Shown here: one piece after another, positions 18,553 to 28,757 of the stretch
How positions within the stretch are numbered: the stretch's first letter is position 1
Layout: every line of letters starts with the position of its first letter
The notes under the pieces: model-generated
What the model was told of the DNA's origin: nothing
Databases searched by the model: none
What the model saw: only the letters and a program-made list of their open reading frames with translations
NCBI RefSeq assembly: GCF_006175985.1
Contig: NZ_SRSH01000009.1
Coordinates: 90,719 to 122,718, forward strand
Source: Methylotetracoccus oryzae
GTDB taxonomy: Bacteria > Pseudomonadota > Gammaproteobacteria > Methylococcales > Methylococcaceae
Length of the DNA: 32,000 nucleotides
Reading direction: 5' to 3'
Made by a program: the position numbers and the translations under genes

Positions 18553-19565
18553 GCGAAGACGGCGCGCCGGTGCGCCGGTTCGGCAGTGGACCGGAGAAAT
18601 TCGCCGAAATCGGCGAATTCCGGATATTTCGTGCATACGCTGTCGACGTAGGCCAGCGTCCGCGGAATGTCTTTGAGGTAACCGCCCTTGCCATCGCGGA
18701 GCTGAAGGCGGGCGAAAATGCCGACGGCCTTCAGGTGCCGCTGCATGCCCATCAGGTCGAACCACCGCTCGAAGCGGGGAGCGTCCGACGCGGCCAGCAG
18801 ATCGTGTGCGATGGCCTGCTCTAGGTACTCCTGTCGCCAACGTGAGACCCGTGACTCGGGCCAGGCGACGTAGCAGTCCCTCAAGAGGGACACCAGGTCA
18901 TAGCTGATCGGACCGATGACGGCGTCCTGGAAGTCCAGGATGCCCGGATTGCCGGAGGCACAGACCATCAGGTTGCGCGAGTGGTAGTCACGGTGGACGA
19001 AGACGCGCGGTTGCTCCAGGGCCGAGGTCACCAGCGTCGCGCTGACGCGTTCAAACAGGGACGAGGCATCGCCATCGAACTGGCTGCCGAGCAGCCGACC
19101 CAGGAACCAGTCGCGGAAGATATCCAGTTCGCGTCGCAGCAGCGCGGCGTCGTAGACGGGGCATCCGCAGTCTTCGGTGTCGATCCCCGTCTGCAGGCGA
19201 ACCAGCGCGGCGATCGCGTCCCGGTAGAGCTGATCCGAATTGTCTGCCCCGAGCGTTTCCAGATAATGGCGGCTGCCGAGGTCGCTGAGAACGGCAAAGC
19301 CTCGCTCCAGGTCGACGGCATGCACGGCGGGCACCGTCACGCCGGTCTCGCGCATCAAGGTTGCGACATCGATGAAGGCCCGGAGATTCTCCGTAGCCGG
19401 AGGGGCGTCCATGACGACCCAGGACAGGTCGTCGATGCGGGTGCGAAAGTAGCGGCGGAAGCTGGCATCCCCGGAGGCGGGAACGAGCCTGCGCTGACAT
19501 CCGGGCAAGGCCTGTTCGAGCCAGATCGACAATTCGGTGCAGCGTGTATCCTGGGGAGTGGTCAT
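18549..19565 (-). CDS. amgK: Anomeric MurNAc/GlcNAc kinase (aminoglycoside-phosphotransferase fold)
   Basis: ASGDASFRRYFR motif, catalytic loop HRDYHSRNLM, and DFQD. Divergent from lptD, as in Pseudomonas. Confidence 0.85.
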   Translation of the reverse strand: MTTPQDTRCTELSIWLEQALPGCQRRLVPASGDASFRRYFRTRIDDLSWVVMDAPPATENLRAFIDVATLMRETGVTVPAVHAVDLERGFAVLSDLGSRHYLETLGADNSDQLYRDAIAALVRLQTGIDTEDCGCPVYDAALLRRELDIFRDWFLGRLLGSQFDGDASSLFERVSATLVTSALEQPRVFVHRDYHSRNLMVCASGNPGILDFQDAVIGPISYDLVSLLRDCYVAWPESRVSRWRQEYLEQAIAHDLLAASDAPRFERWFDLMGMQRHLKAVGIFARLQLRDGKGGYLKDIPRTLAYVDSVCTKYPEFADFGEFLRSTAEPAHRRAVFA

Positions 19566-19692
19566 GCGTCTCTTGTGGTCGGCGAAAATTGCTTCGCGAG
19601 CGGAATGATGGGTTAAAATCAGGGCATTGTATGAGTTCCCGAGTTAGAAGAGAAACCAGGCCTCACGGCCAAGGCAGCGCGCCCAGCCGCCG

Positions 19693-22437
19693 TTGCGTGT
19701 AAGATGCCCAGTCCTTCGACCGCTTTCGGACGCCTTGCGCCCCTCAGTGCTGCCAGACTTTCTCCACCCTAGGTCCCTAGTCCCGGTCCTGAGAGGCCTC
19801 GCGGGCATCTGGCTGTGCGCGTATTTTGGTGCGCGTGCAGCCGTCGCGGTACCTGCTCCGACATCCGTCGATGCGCAGCCTGCCTCCCGGATGGTGATTC
19901 GCAAGCCCGCGGAAGTCGCGCATGTCGAAGTTCCACAGGGCCGTGCGGCAGGCATCACGGATGCGAAGTCCGGCTGGACCTGCCGCCAGGGTGACGAAGA
20001 AAAGGAATGGAAGTGCTCCCTCGCCGGCCCGGATCCCCGTGGAGAAACGCACGTGGTGCGCGAGCCGGGGGAGGAAATCGAGAATTGGTCCGAGCAGACC
20101 GACATCACGGACGAAGACGAAAAGCGGTTCCGGCCGCTGATGAGCAGCTTTCCATCCGATCCCTGGCTGCTGAATTGCGGGAAGCGGGAAGCGTACCGGG
20201 GCACGGACTTTCTGCTGTCGCCTGCCGATCGGTCGGCGCGCGAACGCGCACCGATCGAGATCCGTTCCGATTATGGTGAGTTGCACGGTGATGAAGTCGC
20301 CAATTTCTCCGGCGCGGCTCAGGTCACGCGCGCCGATCAGAAGCTGTCGGCGGATTTCATGAGCCGCAATGCCTTTGTGAACACGATGAATGCGAACGGG
20401 AACATGACCTATGTGGAGAAGGGCATGGCTTTCTCGAGCGACAGCGGCTTTCTTGACCTCGGGAAAGACAAGGGCGTGCTGCGCAATTCACAGTTCGTGC
20501 TGTCCACCGTCCCGGCACGCGGCACCTCGCGCCTGACCTTCTTCGATAACAAGGATCTCTCGCGCTACGAGCAGTTTGCCTACACCAGTTGCCCACCCGG
20601 CAACCGCGACTGGGTCCTGCACGCCGACAAGGTGAAGATCAACAAGGCCACCGGCCAGGGATCCGGTAGTCACGCTTGGATGGAATTCAAGGGTGTCCCG
20701 ATGTTCTATACACCCTACATGTCGTTTCCGACCGACGACCGGCGGCAAACGGGCTTGCTGGCTCCCAGCTTCGGCTACTCTTCGGTGCGCGGTTTCGATC
20801 TGACGGTGCCCTATTACTTCAACCTCGCGCCGAACTACGATCTGACGGTCTGGCCGAGGCTGCTGACCGAGCGCGGCGTGTTGTTGCACGGCGATTTTCG
20901 CTATCTGACTCCCTACAACCAGGGGCGACTGATCGGCGAGGTTCTGCCGGACGATTGGGAGACGCACCAGACGCGTGGTGAGGTCGGGCTGCTCGATAAC
21001 GCGACCTGGACCGAGAATCTGCGATCGCACGTGGACCTGAACTGGGTCTCCGATCAACAGTATCTGAACCAGCTCAGTAACCAACTCGCGCTGATCGATT
21101 TCAACTTCGTGCGCAGTAACGCGTCGGTAACCTATACAGGAGACACCGGTGGTTACGGCGCCTATGGCGTGACGACCTCCGCCGACACGTTCCAGACGAT
21201 CAATCCCTTGATCACGCCAGAGCAACGCCCCTTCTATCGGCTTCCGGCAACGAACGTTTTCCACTACCTGCCGATCGCAGACACCGGTTTGAACGTGACG
21301 ACCAACGCCGAGTTCGTCAATTTCGTCAGCGACGTGAATCCGGCGGGTCAGCGCTTCAACCTGAAGCCCCGTCTGCAGTTTCCGCTGCGCAGCGCAGCGG
21401 GTTTCGTCACGCCCAGTGTCAGCATGCAGTTGACGCAGTACATGATGAGCGACCTGGTCAACGCGAACGATCCTGCCGACAGCGGCAAGCAGAACCAGCA
21501 GGTCGTCGACAGCAGTCTGACGCGCGCATTGCCCATCGTGTCGCTGGATAGTGGCCTGTTCTTCGAACGGGATCTGGATATCGGGAAGGCGGGGTACACG
21601 CACACCTTCGAACCGCGCTTGTTCTATGTGTATATCCCCTATCAGAATCAGGATCAGTTTCCGCTCTATGACACGATCAACTACGACTTCAACTATTACC
21701 AGTTATTCCGCGAGAACCGTTTCACCGGCAACGACCGACTGGGGGACACCAATCAGATTACGTTGGCGATGACCTCCCGGCTTTCGGATCTGGCCAGCGG
21801 CAGGGACCGCTTCAGAGCGACGATCGGTGAGATCTTTTATTTCCAGGGTCGTCGCGTGACCTTGCCCATCTCGAATGTCGGGACGATCTACTACCCGGAT
21901 CAGGCGACGACGTTTTCCAACCTGATCGGCGATATGAGCGCGGCGATCACCGACCGCTGGTGGGTCGATGTCGGCGGGCAGTACAACCCCTATGACAATC
22001 AGTTCGAGCGGCGCCAGGTTTCGCTGCGTTACGACGCCCGTAACAACGACCTGCTGAACCTGACCTACCTCTACCTGAATCAGCCGAGCAACCAGAGCTT
22101 TCAGGTTGACTTGCTCGACGGTTCGATGCGTCTCCCGATCCCGTTCCTGGGCGACGGTTGGCATGCGATTGGGCGCTGGCAGTATTCGCTACTCGACCAG
22201 ATCACGCTGGAAGCGTTCGGCGGTATCGAGCGCGAAACCTGCTGCTGGCGCCTGGGCGTGGTCGCGCGGCACTACATCAACAGCGTGACCGGGGTCAGCG
22301 GCACCAGTAGTTTCACGTCCACGGCGAACAACGGCGTCTTCGTGCAGTTCGAGTTCAAGGGTCTGACCCGACTGGGCGACCAGCTCGAAAAGCTCCTGAC
22401 GCGGAGCATTCGCGGCTACCGGACGCCAGAGCAATGA
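19693..22437 (+). CDS. lptD: LPS-assembly outer-membrane protein LptD
   Basis: OstA-type N-terminal jellyroll followed by a large beta-barrel (PMFYTPYMSFPTDDRRQTGLLAPSFGYSS, YFNLAPNYD, LFRENRFTGNDRLGDTNQ). C-terminal Cys pair ERETCCWRL. Followed by surA. The start is uncertain: TTG at 19693 as in the track, with GTG at 19747 also possible. Confidence 0.9.
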   Translation: MRVRCPVLRPLSDALRPSVLPDFLHPRSLVPVLRGLAGIWLCAYFGARAAVAVPAPTSVDAQPASRMVIRKPAEVAHVEVPQGRAAGITDAKSGWTCRQGDEEKEWKCSLAGPDPRGETHVVREPGEEIENWSEQTDITDEDEKRFRPLMSSFPSDPWLLNCGKREAYRGTDFLLSPADRSARERAPIEIRSDYGELHGDEVANFSGAAQVTRADQKLSADFMSRNAFVNTMNANGNMTYVEKGMAFSSDSGFLDLGKDKGVLRNSQFVLSTVPARGTSRLTFFDNKDLSRYEQFAYTSCPPGNRDWVLHADKVKINKATGQGSGSHAWMEFKGVPMFYTPYMSFPTDDRRQTGLLAPSFGYSSVRGFDLTVPYYFNLAPNYDLTVWPRLLTERGVLLHGDFRYLTPYNQGRLIGEVLPDDWETHQTRGEVGLLDNATWTENLRSHVDLNWVSDQQYLNQLSNQLALIDFNFVRSNASVTYTGDTGGYGAYGVTTSADTFQTINPLITPEQRPFYRLPATNVFHYLPIADTGLNVTTNAEFVNFVSDVNPAGQRFNLKPRLQFPLRSAAGFVTPSVSMQLTQYMMSDLVNANDPADSGKQNQQVVDSSLTRALPIVSLDSGLFFERDLDIGKAGYTHTFEPRLFYVYIPYQNQDQFPLYDTINYDFNYYQLFRENRFTGNDRLGDTNQITLAMTSRLSDLASGRDRFRATIGEIFYFQGRRVTLPISNVGTIYYPDQATTFSNLIGDMSAAITDRWWVDVGGQYNPYDNQFERRQVSLRYDARNNDLLNLTYLYLNQPSNQSFQVDLLDGSMRLPIPFLGDGWHAIGRWQYSLLDQITLEAFGGIERETCCWRLGVVARHYINSVTGVSGTSSFTSTANNGVFVQFEFKGLTRLGDQLEKLLTRSIRGYRTPEQ

Positions 22438-23831
22438 CGGCCAGGCACCTCGAGGCGATGACCATCCGGGTGATCACGGTGACGCGCGCGGCCGCTGCGG
22501 CGCAGCTTCTGTTAGTCGCGTGCTGCATACTTTTTGCGGGGACGGCGCGAGCCTATGACGAATCGATCGATCGCATCGTCGCGGTGGTCGAAGACGGCGT
22601 GATCCTGGAAAGCGAGTTGGACAACAAGGTCCGCACGATCCGCCGCAGCCTGGATCAAAGCAATACTTCGCTGCCCCCGATCGACGTGCTGCGCCGGCAG
22701 GTTCTGGACCGGATGATCCTCGAGAAGATTCAGCTGCAACTGGCAGAAAAGGCGGGCATCGGAGTGGACGACGAGACGCTGCGGACGGCGGTGCAGCAGA
22801 TCGCCCAGCGGAACCAGATTTCAGTCGATGAACTGCGTGCGTCCCTAGAGCAGGAAGGCATCGGCTATGCGGATTTTCTGAACCAGATTCGCAGCGAGAT
22901 TACGCTCGGGCGCTTTCGCTCCAGTCAGGTGAACAGCCAGATTAAGGTTACCGACCGCGAAGTGGATCACTACCTCGAGACGCAGGCGCAGTCGGGAGTA
23001 GGGGCGGACAGCGAATTTCTTCTCGGTCATATCCTGATCGCCACGCCGCAGGCGGCGTCTCCGGAAGATGTTCAGAAAGCGAAGGAGAAAGCCGACGCGC
23101 TGGCTGCCGAACTGGCAAAAGGGGCCGACTTCAAACAGGCAGCGGTCGAGAATTCGAGTGATCCGCAAGCGCTGAATGGCGGAGAATTGGGGTGGCGCAA
23201 GCTGGCACAGATTCCGACCTTGTTCGCGGAAGCCGTGCCAAAAATGAAGAAGGGTGAAGTCCAGGGGCCGATGCGCAGTCCGAACGGATTTCACATCATC
23301 AAATTGATCGATGTGAAGGGATCTGAGCAGCAGACCGTCACTAAAACCCGTGTTCGCCACATCCTGATCAAACCCAACGAAGCTTTGTCCGACAGCGACG
23401 CAGAGCAAAAGTTGGTCGGGCTCAAGGAACGGCTGGCGAATGGAGAGGATTTCGCCGACCTCGCGCGCGCGCACTCGGACGACAAGGGCTCGGCGATCAA
23501 GGGCGGTGAACTTGGGGAGGTTGAGCCGGGCGCGCTGGTGCCGCCGTTCGAAGAAGCCATGAGCAAACTGAAGCCCAGCGAAATCAGTGAGCCGGTGCAG
23601 ACGCAGTTCGGCTGGCACTTGATCCAGGTGCTCGATCGGCGGGAATCATCGGACAATAACGAGGCGCAAAGGAATCAGGCGCGCGACGCGCTTTTCAAGC
23701 GCAAAGTCGAGGAGGAGACGGAGCTCTGGTTGCGTCGAATCCGGGATGAGGCGTATGTCGAGATCCGGCTGCCCGAGGCTGCGCCGGAATCGCTGTTGCC
23801 ATCCAATCCACTGTCCCCATCGTCGCCCTGA
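22434..23831 (+). CDS. surA: Periplasmic chaperone / peptidyl-prolyl isomerase SurA
   Basis: Signal peptide, SurA N-domain (DRIVAVVEDGVILESEL), and two parvulin domains (GGELGW..., GGELGEV...FGWHLIQVLDRR). The start overlaps the lptD stop (ATGA); an alternative ATG lies at 22458. Confidence 0.92.
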   Translation: MTARHLEAMTIRVITVTRAAAAAQLLLVACCILFAGTARAYDESIDRIVAVVEDGVILESELDNKVRTIRRSLDQSNTSLPPIDVLRRQVLDRMILEKIQLQLAEKAGIGVDDETLRTAVQQIAQRNQISVDELRASLEQEGIGYADFLNQIRSEITLGRFRSSQVNSQIKVTDREVDHYLETQAQSGVGADSEFLLGHILIATPQAASPEDVQKAKEKADALAAELAKGADFKQAAVENSSDPQALNGGELGWRKLAQIPTLFAEAVPKMKKGEVQGPMRSPNGFHIIKLIDVKGSEQQTVTKTRVRHILIKPNEALSDSDAEQKLVGLKERLANGEDFADLARAHSDDKGSAIKGGELGEVEPGALVPPFEEAMSKLKPSEISEPVQTQFGWHLIQVLDRRESSDNNEAQRNQARDALFKRKVEEETELWLRRIRDEAYVEIRLPEAAPESLLPSNPLSPSSP

Positions 23832-23832
23832 C

Positions 23833-24831
23833 GTGGCGCTCCCCCGTATCCTATTGACGACGGGCGAGCCAGCCGGTATCGGCCCCGATCTGCTGGTAGC
23901 GATTGCCGGGGAGGCCTGGGACTGCGAGCTCACCGTTATCGGTGATCCGGCCTTGATCGAAAGCCGGGCGGCTGAGCTGGGTGCGTCGCTCCGGGTGCGT
24001 CGGACGGCGCCGGCTGTGACGCTGGGCCGGCATGAGGCCGGCTGCTTGTCGGTGTGGCCGACGCAGCGCAGCGTGCGAGCCCAGTGCGGCCGGTTAGAGC
24101 CGGACCACTCCGCCTATGTGCTCGAAACGATCGACGAGGGAACGCGCGCCTGTTTGAGGGGGGTATTCGATGCGCTGGTGACGCCCCCGGTACACAAGGG
24201 GGTCATCAACGCCGCGGGGTTCGCCTTCACCGGTCACACGGAACACATTGCCGCGCTGACTGGAGGCGATCCGGTAATGATGCTGGCCGTGCCGGGCCTC
24301 CGGGTCGCTTTGGTGACGACCCATATGCCGCTCGCGAAGGTCAGTGGTGCCATCACGCCGGAACTGCTGGAGCGGACTCTCCGCACCGTACATCGGGATC
24401 TCCGTTTGCGATTCGGCATAGTGACTCCGCGGATTGCGGTGTGCGGCCTGAATCCACATGCCGGCGAAGGAGGCTACCTGGGGCGCGAGGAGATCGAGGT
24501 CATCGAGCCGGTCCTTCTTCGTTTGCGTGGCGAAGGCTGGCAGCTGCGCGGCCCGCTGCCGGCCGATACGGCATTCTTGTCGGAGATGCTGGCGGAGGTC
24601 GATGTCGTGCTGGCGATGTATCACGACCAGGGTTTGCCGGTGTTGAAGCATGCCGGATTCGGTCGCGCGGTCAATGTCACACTTGGCTTGCCGATCATCA
24701 GAACCTCAGTCGATCACGGCACTGCGCTCGACCGCGCAGGCACCGGGCGGGTCGATGCCGGTAGCTTGAGGGCCGCGATCGAGATGGCGATCACGCTGGT
24801 GCGGCGGGGACGCCTGCTGGAGAAGCGGTGA
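23833..24831 (+). CDS. pdxA: 4-hydroxythreonine-4-phosphate dehydrogenase
   Basis: TTGEPAGIGPDL, GHTEH, NPHAGEGG, MYHDQGL and SVDHGTA motifs. I place the start at the GTG at 23833, 2 nt after the surA stop. The track ORF start at 23746 overlaps surA. Confidence 0.9.
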   Translation: MALPRILLTTGEPAGIGPDLLVAIAGEAWDCELTVIGDPALIESRAAELGASLRVRRTAPAVTLGRHEAGCLSVWPTQRSVRAQCGRLEPDHSAYVLETIDEGTRACLRGVFDALVTPPVHKGVINAAGFAFTGHTEHIAALTGGDPVMMLAVPGLRVALVTTHMPLAKVSGAITPELLERTLRTVHRDLRLRFGIVTPRIAVCGLNPHAGEGGYLGREEIEVIEPVLLRLRGEGWQLRGPLPADTAFLSEMLAEVDVVLAMYHDQGLPVLKHAGFGRAVNVTLGLPIIRTSVDHGTALDRAGTGRVDAGSLRAAIEMAITLVRRGRLLEKR

Positions 24832-25619
24832 TGTCACACGCGCCCCGGCGGCGTTTCGGCCAAAATTTCCTGCGCGATGAAACGGTGCTGCGGTCCCTGA
24901 TGGATGCGATTGCCCCGGGCCCCGAGGACCGAATCGTCGAGATCGGGCCTGGCCGGGGCGCTTTGACGCAGCGTCTCGCGGGCACGTGCGCGGAGTTGCA
25001 CCTGGTCGAGATCGACCGCGATCTGGTCGCGGAGTTGCGGCAACGCTACACGGGCGATTCGCGTGTCGTCATCCATCAGGCCGATGCGCTGAAGTTCGAC
25101 TTTCGTGAGTTGGTCACCGACGGGTGCAGGCTGCGCCTGGTGGGAAATTTGCCTTACAACATCTCGACACCGCTGCTGTTCCACCTATTCGAGCAGCAAG
25201 CTGGCGTAGGCGACATGCACTTCATGTTGCAGCGGGAAGTGGTTCAGCGGCTCACAGCAAATCCCGGCTCGGCCGATTACGGCCGCCTGACCGTCATGTC
25301 GCAGTACTTTTGTCGCTCGGAGTCGCTGTTCGAGGTTTCTCCGGAGAGTTTCTTTCCGCAACCCAAGGTGATGTCCGCCGTCGTGCGATTGGTGCCGCAT
25401 CAACAGCCGCCAGTCAAGGTTTTTCTTCCGGCACTGCAAAAGGTCGTGCTCGCCGCGTTCGGACAGCGTCGCAAGACGCTGAGGAACTCATTGAGTGGGC
25501 TGCTGGGGCCCGAAATGCTGGCAGCGCTCGCCATCGATACGGGCCTGCGCGCTCAGGACCTGGATCTGGAGGATTTCGCGCGCATAGCGGCAATGCTGCC
25601 GCGGGTCGAGGGTGGGTGA
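24828..25619 (+). CDS. rsmA: 16S rRNA (adenine1518-N6/adenine1519-N6)-dimethyltransferase
   Basis: RRFGQNFL, SAM motif EIGPGRGALT, and GNLPYNISTPLLF. The start overlaps the pdxA stop (ATGA). Confidence 0.93.
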   Translation: MMSHAPRRRFGQNFLRDETVLRSLMDAIAPGPEDRIVEIGPGRGALTQRLAGTCAELHLVEIDRDLVAELRQRYTGDSRVVIHQADALKFDFRELVTDGCRLRLVGNLPYNISTPLLFHLFEQQAGVGDMHFMLQREVVQRLTANPGSADYGRLTVMSQYFCRSESLFEVSPESFFPQPKVMSAVVRLVPHQQPPVKVFLPALQKVVLAAFGQRRKTLRNSLSGLLGPEMLAALAIDTGLRAQDLDLEDFARIAAMLPRVEGG

Positions 25620-25710
25620 GGTGCCGGCTGATCGGCTATCGTGCCGAGTGCGGATAGTGTAAAACTTCGCGGCGAGAGGTTTGCATCCCTTTTTGCTCGG
25701 CGCCCCGCAC

Positions 25711-25750
25711 AATAAAAACCCCGATCGGCTTTGACGGCCGGTCGGGGTTT
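25711..25750. terminator. Bidirectional rho-independent terminator between the convergent rsmA and lpp-like genes
   Basis: 10-bp stem: ccccgatcgg (25719-25728) pairs with ccggtcgggg (25738-25747), with one G-U pair and a 9-nt loop. Flanked by aataaaaa upstream (TTTTTATT on the minus strand, after the lpp-like gene) and ttt downstream. Confidence 0.7.
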
Positions 25751-25774
25751 CTCGTCTGACGAGTAAGCCGGAGC

Positions 25775-26053
25775 TTACTTCATCATCGACTTCTTGAACA
25801 TGCGGTCGAGCTTCGCATTGACTTCCTCTGAAGCCGCCGCTGCACGGCGAGCAGCAGATTCAGCGCTGGAAGCCTTCGCTTCAGCCGACTGTGCAGCCGA
25901 CAGCGCTTCCTCGGCGGTGCTCTTGATCGAAGCCTGTTCGGCCTTCAGACCATCGATCTGGGTCTGCAGGGCGGTAACGTCAGACTTCGAGGCGCAGCCC
26001 ACCAACAAACCGGTCGACAGCAGCACTACGGACAATTTGGTTGCGTTCAACAT
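25775..26053 (-). CDS. Lpp/OprI-like small alpha-helical outer-membrane lipoprotein with C-terminal lysine
   Basis: Start re-set to the ATG at 26053, preceded by AAGGAAGAAGGAAAG. Lipobox LLVGC|AS. An Ala/Glu/Ser-rich coiled-coil-like body of about 70 aa. Ends ...KKSMMK-stop. Confidence 0.75.
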   Translation of the reverse strand: MLNATKLSVVLLSTGLLVGCASKSDVTALQTQIDGLKAEQASIKSTAEEALSAAQSAEAKASSAESAARRAAAASEEVNAKLDRMFKKSMMK

Positions 26054-26181
26054 AGCTAGCTTTCCTTCTTCCTTACTGAGGTTGATTGAGTCGTTCATCC
26101 ACGCGGGAACTCACGACTCCCGCCCGTTAGTTTGCCGCTATTTCGGCGGATTTTCCACAACTATTTTGGTTTCGCCCTCCC

Positions 26182-26754
26182 TCACCGGATGCTCACCAGC
26201 GTACCTTTCCTGACCCAGTGCGCGAGCCGGTCCACTTGACGGTTGGTCAAGGCTACGCAACCATGCGTCCAGTCGAACAGTTCATGGACATCCGCATTGC
26301 CGCGGCCAACGCCGTGAATGCCTATGCGACCCCCGAGCGGGGTACTTTGCGGTGGGACATTCCGGCCGAAGTGGGCTTCCATGATCTGATTCAGAGTATC
26401 CCCGCCGATCAGGCCTCGGTCGAAAGCACGACGAGCGACCTGCAAATTGGGATAGGTAAAGCCAAAGAATCGATGAAACTGGCTGCTCTCGTTGATCCAG
26501 CCGATCCGATATTCCCCGAGCGGGGTCTTGTCGTCACCGCGTTGCTTGTCAAAACTCGCACCGCGGCGGCCGATCGCGATGCGGGGAAATGATTCCACCG
26601 TCTGTTCGCCGGCCATGACATTCAATTCGTGTGTCTTGGTATCGATCAACAGCCAAGTGTCGGGCGTGTTCGCTGGTCCGGCAATGGCCGAGCAGCAGAA
26701 CGACGTTGCCCACAATGACAGGGAAAGATAGCGCCTCAACGACATTAACCTCAT
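26182..26754 (-). CDS. L,D-transpeptidase (YkuD-domain) family protein, periplasmic
   Basis: Signal peptide MRLMSLRRYLSLSLWATSFCCSAIAG. Catalytic-site pattern IGIHGVG...THGCVALTN (the His/Cys of YkuD-fold enzymes). Confidence 0.8.
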   Translation of the reverse strand: MRLMSLRRYLSLSLWATSFCCSAIAGPANTPDTWLLIDTKTHELNVMAGEQTVESFPRIAIGRRGASFDKQRGDDKTPLGEYRIGWINESSQFHRFFGFTYPNLQVARRAFDRGLIGGDTLNQIMEAHFGRNVPPQSTPLGGRIGIHGVGRGNADVHELFDWTHGCVALTNRQVDRLAHWVRKGTLVSIR

Positions 26755-26770
26755 TTTTGCAATTGCGTAA

Positions 26771-28483
<1,713 letters not shown>

Positions 28484-28493
28484 CCGCAACTGT

Positions 28494-28530
28494 CTCGCGT
28501 CCGGGTCCAGGGACGCGAGGCCTTTCTGTC
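28494..28530 (+). terminator. Probable intrinsic terminator of pgm
   Basis: 9-bp stem: ctcgcgtcc (28494-28502) pairs with ggacgcgag (28511-28519) across an 8-nt loop. Followed by the T-containing tract gcctttctgtc. Begins 11 nt after the pgm stop. Confidence 0.55.
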
Positions 28531-28637
28531 CCGAGGCTCGTTTTGCTCCGCGACTCCATCGAGCCCAGGTTCCGCTGCGCCGGCGTCGGCCGGCGCCGTC
28601 CCTGGTCGGATTGCGCTGCCGCTTCCGCATTCCGGCC

Positions 28638-28757
28638 ATGAGGAGAGCGCCGATGTCGCATCGAATTTCGCGAGTCGTGATGCCAGTGGGTCTGTCCAGC
28701 TGTCCAGGCCGATCCTCATGGCTGTCGATCGCCGCGTCAGCGTATTGCTTTTGCTGA
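28638..28757 (+). CDS. Speculative small ORF (34-39 aa) with a lipobox-like LSSC and a Cys-rich tail
   Basis: The ATG at 28653 is preceded by AGGAGA (28641-28646) with a 6-nt spacer. There is also an in-frame ATG at 28638. Peptide: (MRRAP)MSHRISRVVMPVGLSSCPGRSSWLSIAASAYCFC-stop. GC3 is lower than in flanking genes and the ORF is short enough to arise by chance. Confidence 0.15.
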   Translation: MRRAPMSHRISRVVMPVGLSSCPGRSSWLSIAASAYCFC

